In this document: positions 49,901 to 58,421 of the stretch, in pieces
Position numbering within the stretch: the first letter of the stretch is position 1
Layout of the letters: each line of letters opens with the position of its first letter
Notes under the pieces: generated by a model
Databases searched by the model: none
Told to the model about the DNA's origin: nothing
What the model saw: only the letters and a program-made list of their open reading frames with translations
Source of the DNA: Octopus sinensis
Lineage: Eukaryota
Length of the DNA stretch: 64,000 bases
Assembly: GCF_006345805.1 (NCBI RefSeq)
Contig: NC_043004.1
Coordinates: forward strand, 106,516,001-106,580,000
Direction: 5' to 3'
Made by a program: the position numbers and the translations under genes

Positions 49901-52900
49901 CTGTTTGGTGTAAATCATGAATGCAAAACAACACACACATATACATGTCTGTATGCACACACACACATATATATCGGGTGTGGAAGCTGTCCATTATAAA
50001 TTGACATTGATTGTTCTGTTCAGACTTCTCTGAACAAAATGCCCTTGGACAGTAAGTAATGCTGTTGGCATCCTCCACTGCCACCAGACTGCTTCTCTGG
50101 GCCTCCATACTAAATACCAAGTGGTGTACAAGAGTGCAGGCTGCCCTACCGTAGCAACTCACTTGCTGCTTGACATCCAACTGTTGTCTGATGGTACAGA
50201 CATTTCATTTGATCACAATAACCATCAGACATTTTATTTGATCACAATAACCATCAAACAGTTGGTCTACGACTCCTCTGCCGTATCAGTTATCCAATGT
50301 CCTGCAGAACGGCTGACTTACTCTTCCTTTTATGGCCTGCTGCCACTCATGTCGGTGCCATACTGCCTATGTATATATAAATCTTTCCATAAGATTTGAG
50401 ACGTTACGGTTTCCAAAAAAATTATTTTCAAATAGTTAATAATGTTTAAGAAAATCTTTCTTTAAATATTATGATTGAATCAAGTATTTTTCGCAAAAAC
50501 TTTTAAATACACACACACATAAATACATATATATCATCATCGCCATCATCATCACCACCATCATCATCACCATGATCATTATCATTATCAACATTTAATG
50601 TCTATTTTCCATGCTGGTTTGACAGGATCTGGCAATCCGTAAGGACGTGTCAAGCTCCAATGTCAGCTTTGGTTTGGTTTCCATGGCTGGATGCTCTTCT
50701 TGATGCCAACCACTTTGCAGTGTGTACTGAGTGCTTCTTTCGTGCAACCAGCACTAGTGACGTTGCCATATGACTTCTAAGACAGGAAACAAACATGAAA
50801 AATATAAATAACAAAATTATTAATATTAGGAGATCAGCTCAAAGGATTTCTAGAATAAATTCCTGAGATATTCTTTTTAATTGGTTACTCTCTTTTACTT
50901 GTTTCAGTCATTTGACTGTGGCCATGCTGGAGCACTGCCTTTAGTCGAGCAAATCGACCCCGGGACTTATTCTAGTGGTCTCTTTTGCCAAACCGCTAAG
51001 TTACGGGGAAGTAAACACACTAGCATCGGTTGTCAAACAATGTTGAGGGGACAAACACAGACTCACAAACAAATACACACACATACATATATACAACAGG
51101 CTTCTTTCAGTTTCCGTCTTCCAAATCCACTCACAAGGCTTTGGTCAGCCCCGTGGCTATAGTAGAAGACACTTGCCCAAGGTGCCACGCAGTAGGACTG
51201 AACCCAGAACCATGTGGTTCGTAAGCAAGCTACTTACTACACAGCCACTCATAGAAAATTTAAAAGATAGATTTTATAAAAATATTAATAAGCTAATAAT
51301 TATTGCTAAGTTAGAAAATATGTCAAACTTGTTAGATAAATAACAAAAACAAGTAATATGGAGCTCAGTCAGGACATTCAAATTTTCTCAGTAAATATCT
51401 TCTGGTTCTTTATTTATTTTTATTTTTCACCACAAAGATTCAGTCATTTTTGTTTTGTTTTTGCTGTAGTTTCAGCCATGCTGATGCACTGCCATTAAAA
51501 TGTGTGACGCTTACAGCACCTAGGTTTCCCAAGCGGTCACCCATCTAAGTACTAACTAGGCTGGACATTGCTTAACTTCGGTGATCGGTTGAGAACTGGT
51601 GCTTTCAACGTGGTATGGCTGTAACTCAAGTTTCATAACCAGAGTATTAAGAACTGAATATGTTTCTCTCTCTTTTACTGAAGATATTGATTTCTTCTTA
51701 AGTACAAAGCCTTTTAATTTGCTTGGAGAAGAAAGAGAACCAGCCTTTGGACTCATTTTATTATTCCTAAAAAGAGAATTTTTAGAATTGATAGATAAAA
51801 CAAATTACTAGCAGTTGCAAGCAACTTGTTTGTGCCAGTGCTGCCTTTTGAAAGTTCCCTATACTGGTCACCAGTAGGATGATAGGGGTCATTAGATAGA
51901 ATGCATACCTATTACTGATGCGATCCCCTTGCCCCCACTGGATCAATTGACTAGTATTTAACCATTTACATTCAGTCTTAAGTCCTTTCATCACAGGAGA
52001 TCATCACCACCATTCAAATTGTGGAGTCCTGCAGGTTTGACTTGCCTACAGGCAAACATCATTAACCTGCTTCACACCTGTACATCATTTCTCTGACCAG
52101 GTTCCATCATCCCTTTGCATCCATCTCCAGTGACTGGATTTTTTTCAAGATGACATTAGTTTGGTGATGACTCAGGCAGATTAATGACAGCCATCTTCTA
52201 AGCATTTTGTAAAGCATCTAGTTTCGTTCTGTGTTGTTTTCTTCCATTCCACTCCCTCAGTCTTGTTGAGAATATTGTTTCTTTGATGTTAAATCCATAA
52301 TAAATATTGCATACATTTTTTTAAAAAATATTAGCAAAATTTTTTGTTTAATAGTTGTTTACTTACATTCTTAAGGCAACAGATAAAAGCCAAACATTAA
52401 CTTTAAGAAGTTACAGATATTTGAGCATCATTTAATACCAAAATGCTTGAATAAATATATTTCTTTCAGAGGCACTGGAAAAGATTAAAATTTTGTTTGT
52501 GTATATATTGCTTTTTTATACCATTATTTGTTATTTTTGTTGAATTTTACAGATAATCGTTTCATCCTGAAACAGATGTCTAATGCAGAGGCAGTTTCTT
52601 TCCAAGTGTTTGCACCCAACTATTTCCAATACATTACCAAAGCTTACCTAGAACAAGTAAGTCTCTTAATGTTCTGCTTTATAATCCTGGTCATACATTT
52701 TACTTCATAAACAATTGCTTTCATTGATCAGACCTGATCAAAAGTAGTCCAGCTCTTCGACTATCCAATTTTATCTTTAGATATACATTGTTCAAATTGT
52801 TTTTTCTTTTTCTTTTGTAAGACTGAATGAGGTTTGGCTGCTACTTCCAGCAGGTTGAGTGGTCATCCAACTGTTCTTTAGTTGGTTCTTGAATGGCTTT

Positions 52901-53740
52901 TGACATTATTATGAATTAAAGTGAGGAAGAAAATATATTCTTTGTTGTCATTCTGTACCATTTATGTCTTAAGCAAGCAAGCCTTCAATGAAGCCATCAG
53001 TGTCCTGTCTTCTTCCCCTCGGACTAAATGTATCTAGGACTACATCATACAATTTCTAAGGTGTTTTTTAGATGGTAGAATATGATTTGGAAGAGATTCA
53101 GTTGCTGATTTTAACCATTTGAGTGGCCACATAGAGACTTTCTCAGAAGAGATTTAGAAAGTAGAGACTAAAATTTGGTATAGGACCCTTCTCTGAGAAA
53201 AACATTCCTTGATGTTACTGCATTTTAAGATTTCCAGTTTTTTCCTGCTTTTGTCACCTTTTCATGTCCAGTTTTAAAGGAACAGCTGCACCACAAAGTG
53301 AAGTTGTTTTGATCAGGAAGATAATTTGGATGATACAACATCACATCTCATACTGCTCACATAACAACAATAATAATTATAATTTCCAAGTAATTATTTA
53401 ATTTGTGATGCACTTTTGCATAAATATAAAGATTTTTAATGGTTTTGTTTTGGTTGTTAATTTTTCAGAAACCAACAGTTCTTGCAAAGATTCTAGGAGT
53501 TTATACGATAGGTTTTCGTAACAATCAAACCAGCACAGTAATGAAGCAGGATTTGTTGGTGATGGAGAACTTGTTATACAATCGAAAAGTCTCTCAGGTA
53601 AACAGCACAACTGAACATCTTTCTGTTCTAAATCCATGTTACTTGATATTGCTATTTTCTTCCTTTTTATATTTACAGTAGTCATTTGAATCAACATTTG
53701 TAATTAAAAATTAGCTTCTTTCTCTCTCCCGCTTTCCTGC

Positions 53741-53775
<35 letters not shown>

Positions 53776-54172
53776 CATCATCATCATCATCGTTTAGCGT
53801 CCGCTTTCCATGCTATCATGGGTTGGACGGTGCAACTGGGGTCTGGGAAGCCAGAAGGCTGCACCAGGCCCAGTCTGATCTGGCAATGTTTCTACGACTG
53901 GATGCCCTTCCTAACGCCAACCACTCCATGAGTGTAGTGGGTGCTTTTTACGTGCCACTGGCACAGGTGCCAGACGAGGCTGGCAAACTGCCACAAATGG
54001 ATGGTGCTTTTTATGTGCCACCGGCACGGAAGCCAGTCAGGGCGGCGCTGGCATAGCAGTATAACCCAGCTTTGCCTGGGATTAAGTAAGGATTATTAAG
54101 CGAATCAAGTTCTTTATTTCAAACCAAACTAAGTAACATCGATGTCAAATTTGGGCAAAATCCATTGAAATT

Positions 54173-54231
<59 letters not shown>

Positions 54232-57200
54232 TCAACACACACGTACGTACACCTATTGCATACATGTTTTTTGTACGCATACGTGTTCGTGTGTGTGTTG
54301 CCCATATATCAACAAAATATTTTTTTCATCGATGGAAAAAAAAAGACAACAAAAGTTTTAACAAAAACATACTCATCGCTAGAAGGGGATATAACGCCTG
54401 TTTGCAAACAGTGGTGATTTCTCCAACTTGAAAATTGTTAAAAGTTTTGGTTGAAAATTTATTTTTACTGCTTTTTGCTGGTGCCCCTGGGAAAAATAAG
54501 TAGAGTCATGACGAATGTCCTCCTAAAATTGGAGCGACATGCATGCTAATTCGTGGACGTGCATAATTTATATTCACGTACACACATCCTGCCTTTTATA
54601 TATACAGATATATATATATATATATAGTTAATCAAGTTATTCAGGAAGGCACCATCCCCAATGACTGGTGGAGTAGTATTATATTTAACTGCTACAAGAG
54701 TAAAGGTGATGTCTTAAATAGAAACAACTTCAGAGGCATTAAAATACTAGACTAAGTTATGAAAATTACTGAGAGGGTTATAGCTCAATTGATTAGAAAT
54801 AGAATTAAACTAGATGAGATGCAGTTTGGTTTTGTACCTGGGAAGAGTACCACAGATGCCATCTTCCTCGTGAGACAGCTGCAGGAAAAGTACTTGACCA
54901 AAAGTAAGCCATTGTACTTAGCATTTGTCAACCTGCAGAAAGCTTTCGACAGAGTTCTCCACTGTTATATGGTGGTCTCTAAGGAAGTTGGAAGTAGAGG
55001 AGTAAAGGAGAGTACAAGTCATGTACAGTGGTGCTGTCAGTAAGGTGAGAGTCAGCCATGAATACAGTGATGAATTTAGCATACAGGTAGGGTTTCACCA
55101 GGTCTCATATCTCAGCCCACTCTTATTCATTATAGTCCTCCAGGCCATAACATAGGAATTCAAAACTGGATGCCTGTAGGAACTGCTATATGCTGATGAC
55201 CTTACTCTTACTGCAGAATCTTTAGCAGAATTGGAGAAGAAATTCCAGGCATGGAAACAAAACCTAGAATCAAAGGCCCTTAAAGTTAACCTAACAAAGA
55301 CCAAAGTTGTTGTTAGTAAGAAAGAAGATGAAACTCTCTTTCCATATGGTAAATGGCCTTGCTCAATATGTAGGAAAGGATTCGGAAGAAATTCCATTTG
55401 CTGCACCCAGTGTAAACTAGGGACACGTAAGAGACGCAGTGGTATCACAGGTAGATTAACAGATAAAGTCGTCTTTGCATGTGGCAGATGTGCAGGGACA
55501 ATAAGCACTAAAAGCAGGCAGGACTTAGATTCTCTCAAATGCCTTGAAGGATCTCAAGGTTGTAGATAGTTTCAGTTACCTAGGTAACCAAATTAACAAT
55601 GGCAGAGGATGCTCTGAAAGTATTGTCTCTAGAATAAGAATTGGGTGGAGGAAGTTCAGAAAGCTATTACATTTGTTGGCAACAAAAGGACTCTCTCTCA
55701 GAGTGAAAGGTAGACTATATGATGCTTATTTGCAAATGGCTATACTCCATGGTAGTGAGGCATGGGTTCTGAAGCAGAAGACATCTGTAGACTGGTGAGA
55801 AATGAAGGTAGTATGCTCCATTGGATGTGCAACATCAGTGTGCTTGTATGACAAAGTGCAAATGTATTGAAAGAAAAGTTGGGCATAAGAGGAATCAAAT
55901 GTAGCGTGCAAGAGAAAAGATTACATTGGTTTGGATATGTGATTCATATGAATGAGGACAGCTACATAAAGAAGTACCGATCACTGAAAGCAGATGGTAC
56001 CTGCAGAAGAGGGACACACAGGGAGACGTGGGATGAAGTGGTAAGGACCGATCTCAGGATGTTGGACCTCAAGGAGGAAATGTCAATGGACTATCATCAG
56101 CCACATCAGCAATTTTGATTTGATTTCTTTATATGTAAATATTCAAAATTTGTAGAATCATCCAATGATGCTGTTGTGAATATAAACCACAAACAACTGA
56201 ATGTGTGATGTTTCTGTTTTATTACACTTTATTAAATTTTTGTCAAAATATTTTCTAATTATAGACGTTTGACCTGAAAGGATCTGTTCGAAATCGATTG
56301 GTCAATTTATCTGGGAAACAGGAAGAAGAAGTGTTGTTAGATCAGAATTTTCTTCAAGGTGAGTTTGCAGAAATATCAGGAAATAATTGGTTAAAACTGG
56401 AAATTATTGGTTAAAAACCATTACAGTAGCTCAGCAAAAGGCAACATTCTAATGGTTTGTTTTAGGTCTTCTAATAAAACATTTTGATGAGGAACAACCA
56501 TCTCATTAGGATTGATTTTTAATTTTACTGCTGTTGCTGCTTCTGTTATTGTGTCTGTGAAGTTTGGGAATCCAGGATTATTGTTTACAAGAGACTAGAA
56601 AATGTTCAGAAAGATTAAAAACAATGTTAATACAATTTTTAGTAAGTTTCTGGAAGTAGTGGCATGAAGAACTCCTGTTGTTGTTGATCTGCTATGACCA
56701 CCCAGGTCTATAAAATGGTTATATATAAACTATTGATAATCAGAGGCCTAAATGTCTGAGATTAATTGTTGTTTTCAAAATTATTATTTTTTGGACTATT
56801 ATTTTCCTTTTGAAAATATATATTTATGTACAATATCTATATATACTATTTATACACTAGTGGCTTACTAGACGGTGACATCACTAGTCTTAGTTAATAG
56901 AAAAGATTCTCTATTCAGATCTGGTATACACTCATGTATTTGCCACTAAATGTTGTTGAATCCCTTAGGGCCATATGGTCTTTTTGCCATGCAGTCTGTC
57001 TATGTTCATAGGTTGTAGTGATTGTTACAGTAGAGACAAGCTAAACAGATTCAGTTAGGGAATGACACATTGAATTCTTTGGCATTCATTGGAAGTGATT
57101 GTAATTGATAACATACCACAAAACTTGTACTTTACTTTTCAATTTCTGCCAAACCAGCTTTCTTTTTTTCTTTTCTATGTTCACACCCAAACAAAACTCT

Positions 57201-58421
57201 GAGGGAGGCTTTCTGGGCCATATAATGTCCTGATCATTTATTGACAATGGCAAATACCAAGATAAAACATGGTAACTTTATATTACCCTGTTGTTGATCT
57301 GTGTGTTCTCTCTCTCTCCCTCTTTCAGTCAGTGTTGACTCTCCTCTCTACATCAGACCTCACTCGAAAGCTGTTCTAGCTCAAGCTATTGACAGTGATT
57401 CCAAATTTCTAGCCAGCAACTTCATCATGGACTACTCTTTGTTGGTTGGACAGGACGATCAAATGAAAGAATTAGTGGTTGGTATTATAGGTAAGTGGAT
57501 TTTTTCAAATCTATTTTTTTCTTGTTTATGCAGTCTGCAATCCTGTCGTCCTTTGGTTCATTCTCACAGTGTATCTCATTGGTTGGTGTCTTTACAAAAG
57601 CATTTAGTTAACCCAAGATTTATAAGACGATTAGATACATAGAAATTATGTGAAAATCTTTTGGATGATTGAACCTGTTCTTGGGTGGCTGTCTTACCTC
57701 TTTGCCTAATTTCACACCACCATCTGGCACTTTGGGGCGTTTGATGGACTTCACTCTGCTTGAAACAATTGGACCAGGCCACCAGTGCAAGAATAACTTC
57801 TTTCTTTTCTTCCCAATAATTTTAATGAGGCTTGATGGAAATAGTTTGTAAATAAAAGGGTAAGTTTTTGTATGCAAACATGAAAACATTGGGAAGAGAT
57901 AATTAAAAGAAAATAAAGACAAAATGCATGAAAAATAAACATTTGAACTCAAAAATGGTAGTTTCTTATCCTAAATTTTCTTAGGGAAATATTTCTGTTT
58001 AAAGATAAACCATAGAATACAATAAAATAACTTAAAATAGCATAAAATACAGGATATTGTTATATTTTCTTTATTTCAGATTACATTCGAACATTCACAT
58101 GGGACAAAAAGCTTGAGATGGTTGTAAAAGCTACAGGATTCCTGGGTGGTGCCTGTAAGTTTTATTATATTTCAAGAGTTGTTTCAAATTGTGTTGCATA
58201 ATTTTCACAACTCATTTGTACTTTCATTTAATCAAATTTATAATCTGTTTCTTTTCAACCTTTCTTTTTAATATCATTTTCCTTTTTATATAATTACAGC
58301 TAAAATGCCAACAGTTGTGTTTCCTGAATTGTACAAGAGTCGGTTCTTAGAAGCCATGGATCGATATTTTCCTCCTGTCCCTGACAGATGGAGTGGGCTT
58401 GGCTATGGGCTCGATTACTGA
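61..58421 (+). CDS. PIKFYVE: PIKfyve/Fab1 1-phosphatidylinositol 3-phosphate 5-kinase, 3' portion (28 exons; FYVE/DEP/CCT-coding exons lie upstream of the window)
   Basis: 28 GT-AG exons with matching phases sum to 3888 nt (1295 aa + TGA). Hallmark motifs: [105 protein letters not shown]. Confidence 0.97.
2609..2764 (+). CDS. PIKFYVE: PIKfyve exon 2
   Basis: tttgtag|GAC ... AAG|gtgagt; [14 protein letters not shown]...YDQK. Confidence 0.93.
4441..5101. repeat. Microsatellites: (CT)n/(CA)n at 4441-4533 and 5053-5101; many more (TA)n, (CA)n, (TG)n and (CAT)n tracts, e.g. 18170-18290, 31850-31882, 43500-43540, 43730-43787, 46850-46900, 54177-54228
   Basis: Direct reading. Confidence 0.95.
4795..4895 (+). 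CDS. PIKFYVE: PIKfyve exon 3
   Basis: tttcag|CGT ... TG|gtaaat; [33 protein letters not shown](W). Confidence 0.94.
5262..6499 (-). mobile_element. Degenerate Tc1-like DNA transposon
   Basis: Minus-strand remnants: [13 protein letters not shown] (about 5810-5870), [14 protein letters not shown] (about 5730-5770), QDN (about 5595), [20 protein letters not shown] (about 5460-5520); Tc1-type end TA-CACTAGTATCCAAAAGTT at 6499; left boundary approximate. Confidence 0.75.
7401..7472 (+). CDS. PIKFYVE: PIKfyve exon 4
   Basis: atttag|G ... AG|gtgagt; [23 protein letters not shown](R). Confidence 0.95.
8338..8538 (+). mobile_element. Fragment of a non-autonomous Helitron-like element with a 149-bp internal direct repeat
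   Basis: TTCAAYTT..TRCCTAG..YGAGCCCAYAGCAATATCATATCTTCTCCACTA occurs at 8338-8389 and 8487-8538; the spacer has AAAACTTGAGAACTACACAACCGATTTCATTCAAATTTTACAC, typical of Helitron-N 5' cores (family assignment from memory). Confidence 0.5.
9627..9860 (-). mobile_element. Helitron-type non-autonomous element, 3' end (5' end not found; may extend into the satellites)
   Basis: Minus strand reads CCCGGGCAAGGCCGGG (GC hairpin) + TTATACTG + CTAG|T, a canonical Helitron 3' terminus; clearly homologous to 54054-54290. Confidence 0.75.
10310..10414. repeat. Short block of AT-rich palindromic satellite (GGTAAAATTTTCGAAAAATTTTTG-type)
   Basis: Repeated AAAATTTT/TTTTCGAAAA motifs, same family and orientation as 13579-14578. 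Confidence 0.9.
10417..13578. repeat. 22-bp tandem satellite, about 143 copies, consensus ACCCTCTTTGATCTCTGTCGGC
   Basis: Direct reading; the minus-strand ORF track repeats a 22-aa motif ([22 protein letters not shown] = 3 x 22 bp), confirming the 22-nt period. Confidence 0.97.
13579..14578. repeat. About 1-kb AT-rich palindromic satellite with a 195-bp higher-order repeat
   Basis: Roughly 24-bp unit GGTAAAATTTTCGAAAAATTTTTG; marker ATTCTTAGGG at 13971, 14166 and 14361 (195-bp spacing). Confidence 0.95.
15148..15319 (+). CDS. PIKFYVE: PIKfyve exon 5 (Cys-rich region)
   Basis: gtttag|A ... CAG|gtaatg; [27 protein letters not shown]...WSRCRKCKQ. Confidence 0.95.
15672..15824. mobile_element. 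Hairpin/MITE-like element with a nested short RTE-tail insertion
   Basis: Arms CTTTCTCYTGTCTACTTTCAGTATTTCRCCACATCT and its reverse complement; left arm interrupted at 15708-15758 by a ...GGACGTTAAACAATGATGATG tail flanked by ATCT. Confidence 0.7.
16394..16572 (+). CDS. PIKFYVE: PIKfyve exon 6
   Basis: tttcag|GTT ... AA|gtgagt; [26 protein letters not shown]...[24 protein letters not shown](K). Confidence 0.95.
16614..16780. mobile_element. Mariner-type MITE
   Basis: 23-bp inverted repeats GGTACTGAAAAGTTCCTGGCTTT (16614-16636) and AAAGCCAGGAACTTTTCAGCACC (16758-16780), 1 mismatch. Confidence 0.8.
16858..16971 (+). CDS. PIKFYVE: PIKfyve exon 7
   Basis: tttcag|A ... AA|gtaagt; [18 protein letters not shown]...AVSLSH(K). 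Confidence 0.9.
17374..18158 (-). mobile_element. Penelope-like (pLTR-type) non-autonomous element: about 540-bp unit plus partial direct repeat plus inverted end, in a (TA)n tract
   Basis: 17374-17553 is repeated at 17913-18099; 18110-18158 is an inverted copy of 18036-18084; TA microsatellite on both sides; internal hammerhead-like motif. Confidence 0.65.
17641..17712 (-). ncRNA. Candidate type I hammerhead ribozyme (long stem II)
   Basis: Minus strand: UCGUA-CUGAUGA-[45-nt hairpin]-GAAA-C-AU-GU-A-UAUGA; 5-bp stem I; palindromic ACAUGU stem III; U.U at 10.1-11.1 is non-canonical. Confidence 0.6.
18463..18574 (+). CDS. PIKFYVE: PIKfyve exon 8
   Basis: ctctacag|A ... AAG|gtgaat; [18 protein letters not shown]...YLAFQK. 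Confidence 0.87.
18897..19100 (-). mobile_element. tRNA-derived SINE family 2 (central GCCTTTCATCCTTTCGGGGTCGATAA domain); further copies about 21440-21640, 33570-33780 and 36250-36470 (-), 33440-33550 (+)
   Basis: Shared GACCCCGAAAGGATGAAAGGCAAAGTCRACCTYGGCRGAATTTGAACTCAGAAYGTA block in all copies; resembles the MetaSINE domain (from memory, unverified). Confidence 0.8.
20815..20920 (+). CDS. PIKFYVE: PIKfyve exon 9
   Basis: ttatag|AGT ... G|gtaagg; [35 protein letters not shown]; supplies the phase 0 to phase 1 link needed between exons 8 and 10. Confidence 0.82.
21130..21220 (+). CDS. PIKFYVE: PIKfyve exon 10
   Basis: ttgacag|AA ... AA|gtaaga; (E)[29 protein letters not shown](K), matching human LCEVLQAWNN. 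Confidence 0.86.
21741..22140 (-). mobile_element. 5'-truncated RTE 3' UTR/RTE-tail element; further copies about 2000-2200, 3400-3600, 19170-19470, 33100-33300, 34880-35000, 43370-43730, 44829-45010, 50570-50760, 53785-54053
   Basis: (ATC)n + GTTTAAYGTCYGYTTTCCATGCT...GGATGCCCTTCCTAAYGCCAACCAC matches the 3' UTR of the RTE copy at 22815-23854; internal GTGCCTTTTACGTGCCACC tandem repeats. Confidence 0.85.
22496..22580 (+). CDS. PIKFYVE: PIKfyve exon 11
   Basis: ttctttgaag|A ... GTG|gtaagt; [13 protein letters not shown]..., matching human LQDLFQQEK. Confidence 0.85.
22815..23854 (+). mobile_element. RTE-clade LINE, 5'-truncated (RT C-terminus, 3' UTR, (GAT)n tail)
   Basis: [13 protein letters not shown]...[21 protein letters not shown]...[12 protein letters not shown]...GRGRPRKTW; frameshift and stop near 23284; 19-bp duplication at the truncation point. 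Confidence 0.92.
24280..24460 (+). mobile_element. 180-bp Penelope-pLTR-like element nested in the (TA)n tract of a SINE
   Basis: Interrupts the SINE microsatellite (absent from the other SINE copies in the window); TA/TG repeat flanks; carries a minimal hammerhead-like motif. Confidence 0.65.
24333..24367 (+). ncRNA. Candidate minimal type I hammerhead ribozyme
   Basis: GUUU-CCGACGA-A-GAGCUUCGCUC-GAAA-C-G-U-U-AAAC: 4-bp stem I, core with U4C and an extra A, GAG/CUC stem II, palindromic ACGU stem III. Confidence 0.62.
26165..26327 (+). CDS. PIKFYVE: PIKfyve exon 12 (low-conservation linker)
   Basis: cttgcag|GTG ... G|gtacgt; [14 protein letters not shown]...SSGTTISA; open frame, phase fits. 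Confidence 0.8.
26569..26652 (+). CDS. PIKFYVE: PIKfyve exon 13 (linker)
   Basis: ttttccag|CA ... G|gtatag; (A)[27 protein letters not shown]; phase 1-1. Confidence 0.75.
29918..30040 (+). CDS. PIKFYVE: PIKfyve exon 14 (linker; alternative in-frame donor at 30073)
   Basis: catctag|CA ... G|gtaaac, or T|gtgagt at 30073; (A)[13 protein letters not shown]...PGNVRDERD. Confidence 0.72.
31298..31409 (+). CDS. PIKFYVE: PIKfyve exon 15
   Basis: ccaatag|AT ... TT|gtgagt; [36 protein letters not shown](F). Confidence 0.8.
32330..32560 (+). mobile_element. tRNA-derived SINE family 3; copies about 35330-35600, 36740-36890 and 39790-40030 (-)
   Basis: Head GGCGTGTGGCTTGGTGGTTAGGGTG...GTTTCAATTCCTGG followed by TTCTTGAGCAAAACACTTCATTTCA...TCCACTCAGCTGG. 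Confidence 0.75.
32730..32825 (+). CDS. PIKFYVE: PIKfyve exon 16
   Basis: tttcag|T ... AG|gtaaga; [31 protein letters not shown](S). Confidence 0.95.
33920..33997 (+). CDS. PIKFYVE: PIKfyve exon 17
   Basis: cttatag|C ... AG|gtaggt; [25 protein letters not shown]. Confidence 0.87.
35727..35821 (+). CDS. PIKFYVE: PIKfyve exon 18 (linker)
   Basis: cttcag|T ... G|gtaact; [31 protein letters not shown]. Confidence 0.75.
37481..38500 (+). mobile_element. Degenerate Penelope-like element (RT thumb, linker and GIY-YIG endonuclease), probably Naiad-type
   Basis: Broken frames give [107 protein letters not shown]. Confidence 0.8.
42176..42319 (+). CDS. PIKFYVE: PIKfyve exon 19 (linker)
   Basis: aaacag|GA ... 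G|gtatgg; [21 protein letters not shown]...DADSVESGM; phase 1-1. Confidence 0.75.
42603..42673 (+). pseudogene. tRNA-Glu(CTC)-derived pseudogene
   Basis: TCCCAAATGATCTAGTCGTTAGGATTCTGCACTCTCACCGCAGCAGCCAAGGTTCAATTCTCTGTTTGGAA is colinear with eukaryotic tRNA-Glu(CTC); anticodon at 42636-42638; acceptor and T stems mismatched. Confidence 0.75.
43791..44828 (+). mobile_element. Mariner transposon fossil (DD34D), 3' end truncated by an RTE-tail insertion
   Basis: TIR-like TATTTGGTTGGCAAGAAAGTAAT; ATG at 43976 ([16 protein letters not shown]); [15 protein letters not shown] and [15 protein letters not shown] motifs; frameshifts and stops. Confidence 0.92.
48019..48105 (+). CDS. PIKFYVE: PIKfyve exon 20
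   Basis: cctccag|AT ... C|gtaagt; VNDGSSS...VAINPHIDI, matching human NPHVEL. Confidence 0.88.
48621..48717 (+). CDS. PIKFYVE: PIKfyve exon 21 (start of PIP-kinase domain)
   Basis: ttctag|AA ... GT|gtaagt; (Q)[31 protein letters not shown]. Confidence 0.94.
49765..49844 (+). CDS. PIKFYVE: PIKfyve exon 22 (Gly-rich loop)
   Basis: tttcag|T ... G|gtatgt; [26 protein letters not shown]. Confidence 0.95.
51508..51626 (-). rRNA. Dispersed, near full-length 5S rRNA copy (gene or pseudogene), antisense in a PIKfyve intron
   Basis: Minus strand GTTACAGCCATACCACGTTGAAAGCACCAGTTCTCAACCGATCACCGAAGTTAAGCAATGTCCAGCCTAGTTAGTACTTAGATGGGTGACCGCTTGGGAAACCTAGGTGCTGTAAGC; box A and box C recognisable; TTTT about 8 nt downstream. 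Confidence 0.9.
52553..52656 (+). CDS. PIKFYVE: PIKfyve exon 23 (ATP-binding Lys)
   Basis: tttacag|AT ... CAA|gtaagt; (D)[34 protein letters not shown]. Confidence 0.96.
53469..53597 (+). CDS. PIKFYVE: PIKfyve exon 24
   Basis: tttcag|AAA ... CAG|gtaaac; [20 protein letters not shown]...[16 protein letters not shown]. Confidence 0.96.
54054..54608 (-). mobile_element. Helitron-type non-autonomous element, near complete
   Basis: Minus 5' end A|TCTGTATATATAAAAGG at 54608; 3' hairpin CCCAGGCAAAGCTGGG + TTATACTGCTA; internal (TA)n; same family as 9627. Confidence 0.75.
54630..56090 (+). mobile_element. RTE-clade LINE fossil (reverse transcriptase domain)
   Basis: [71 protein letters not shown]; several stops and frameshifts. 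Confidence 0.92.
56265..56358 (+). CDS. PIKFYVE: PIKfyve exon 25 (DLKGS)
   Basis: ttatag|ACG ... G|gtgagt; [14 protein letters not shown]...VLLDQNFLQ. Confidence 0.96.
57329..57490 (+). CDS. PIKFYVE: PIKfyve exon 26 (MDYSL)
   Basis: tttcag|TC ... G|gtaagt; [16 protein letters not shown]...[23 protein letters not shown]. Confidence 0.96.
58080..58154 (+). CDS. PIKFYVE: PIKfyve exon 27 (activation loop)
   Basis: tttcag|AT ... T|gtaagt; (D)[24 protein letters not shown]. Confidence 0.96.
58300..58421 (+). CDS. PIKFYVE: PIKfyve terminal coding exon with TGA stop
   Basis: ttacag|CT ... TGA; [39 protein letters not shown]. Confidence 0.95.
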
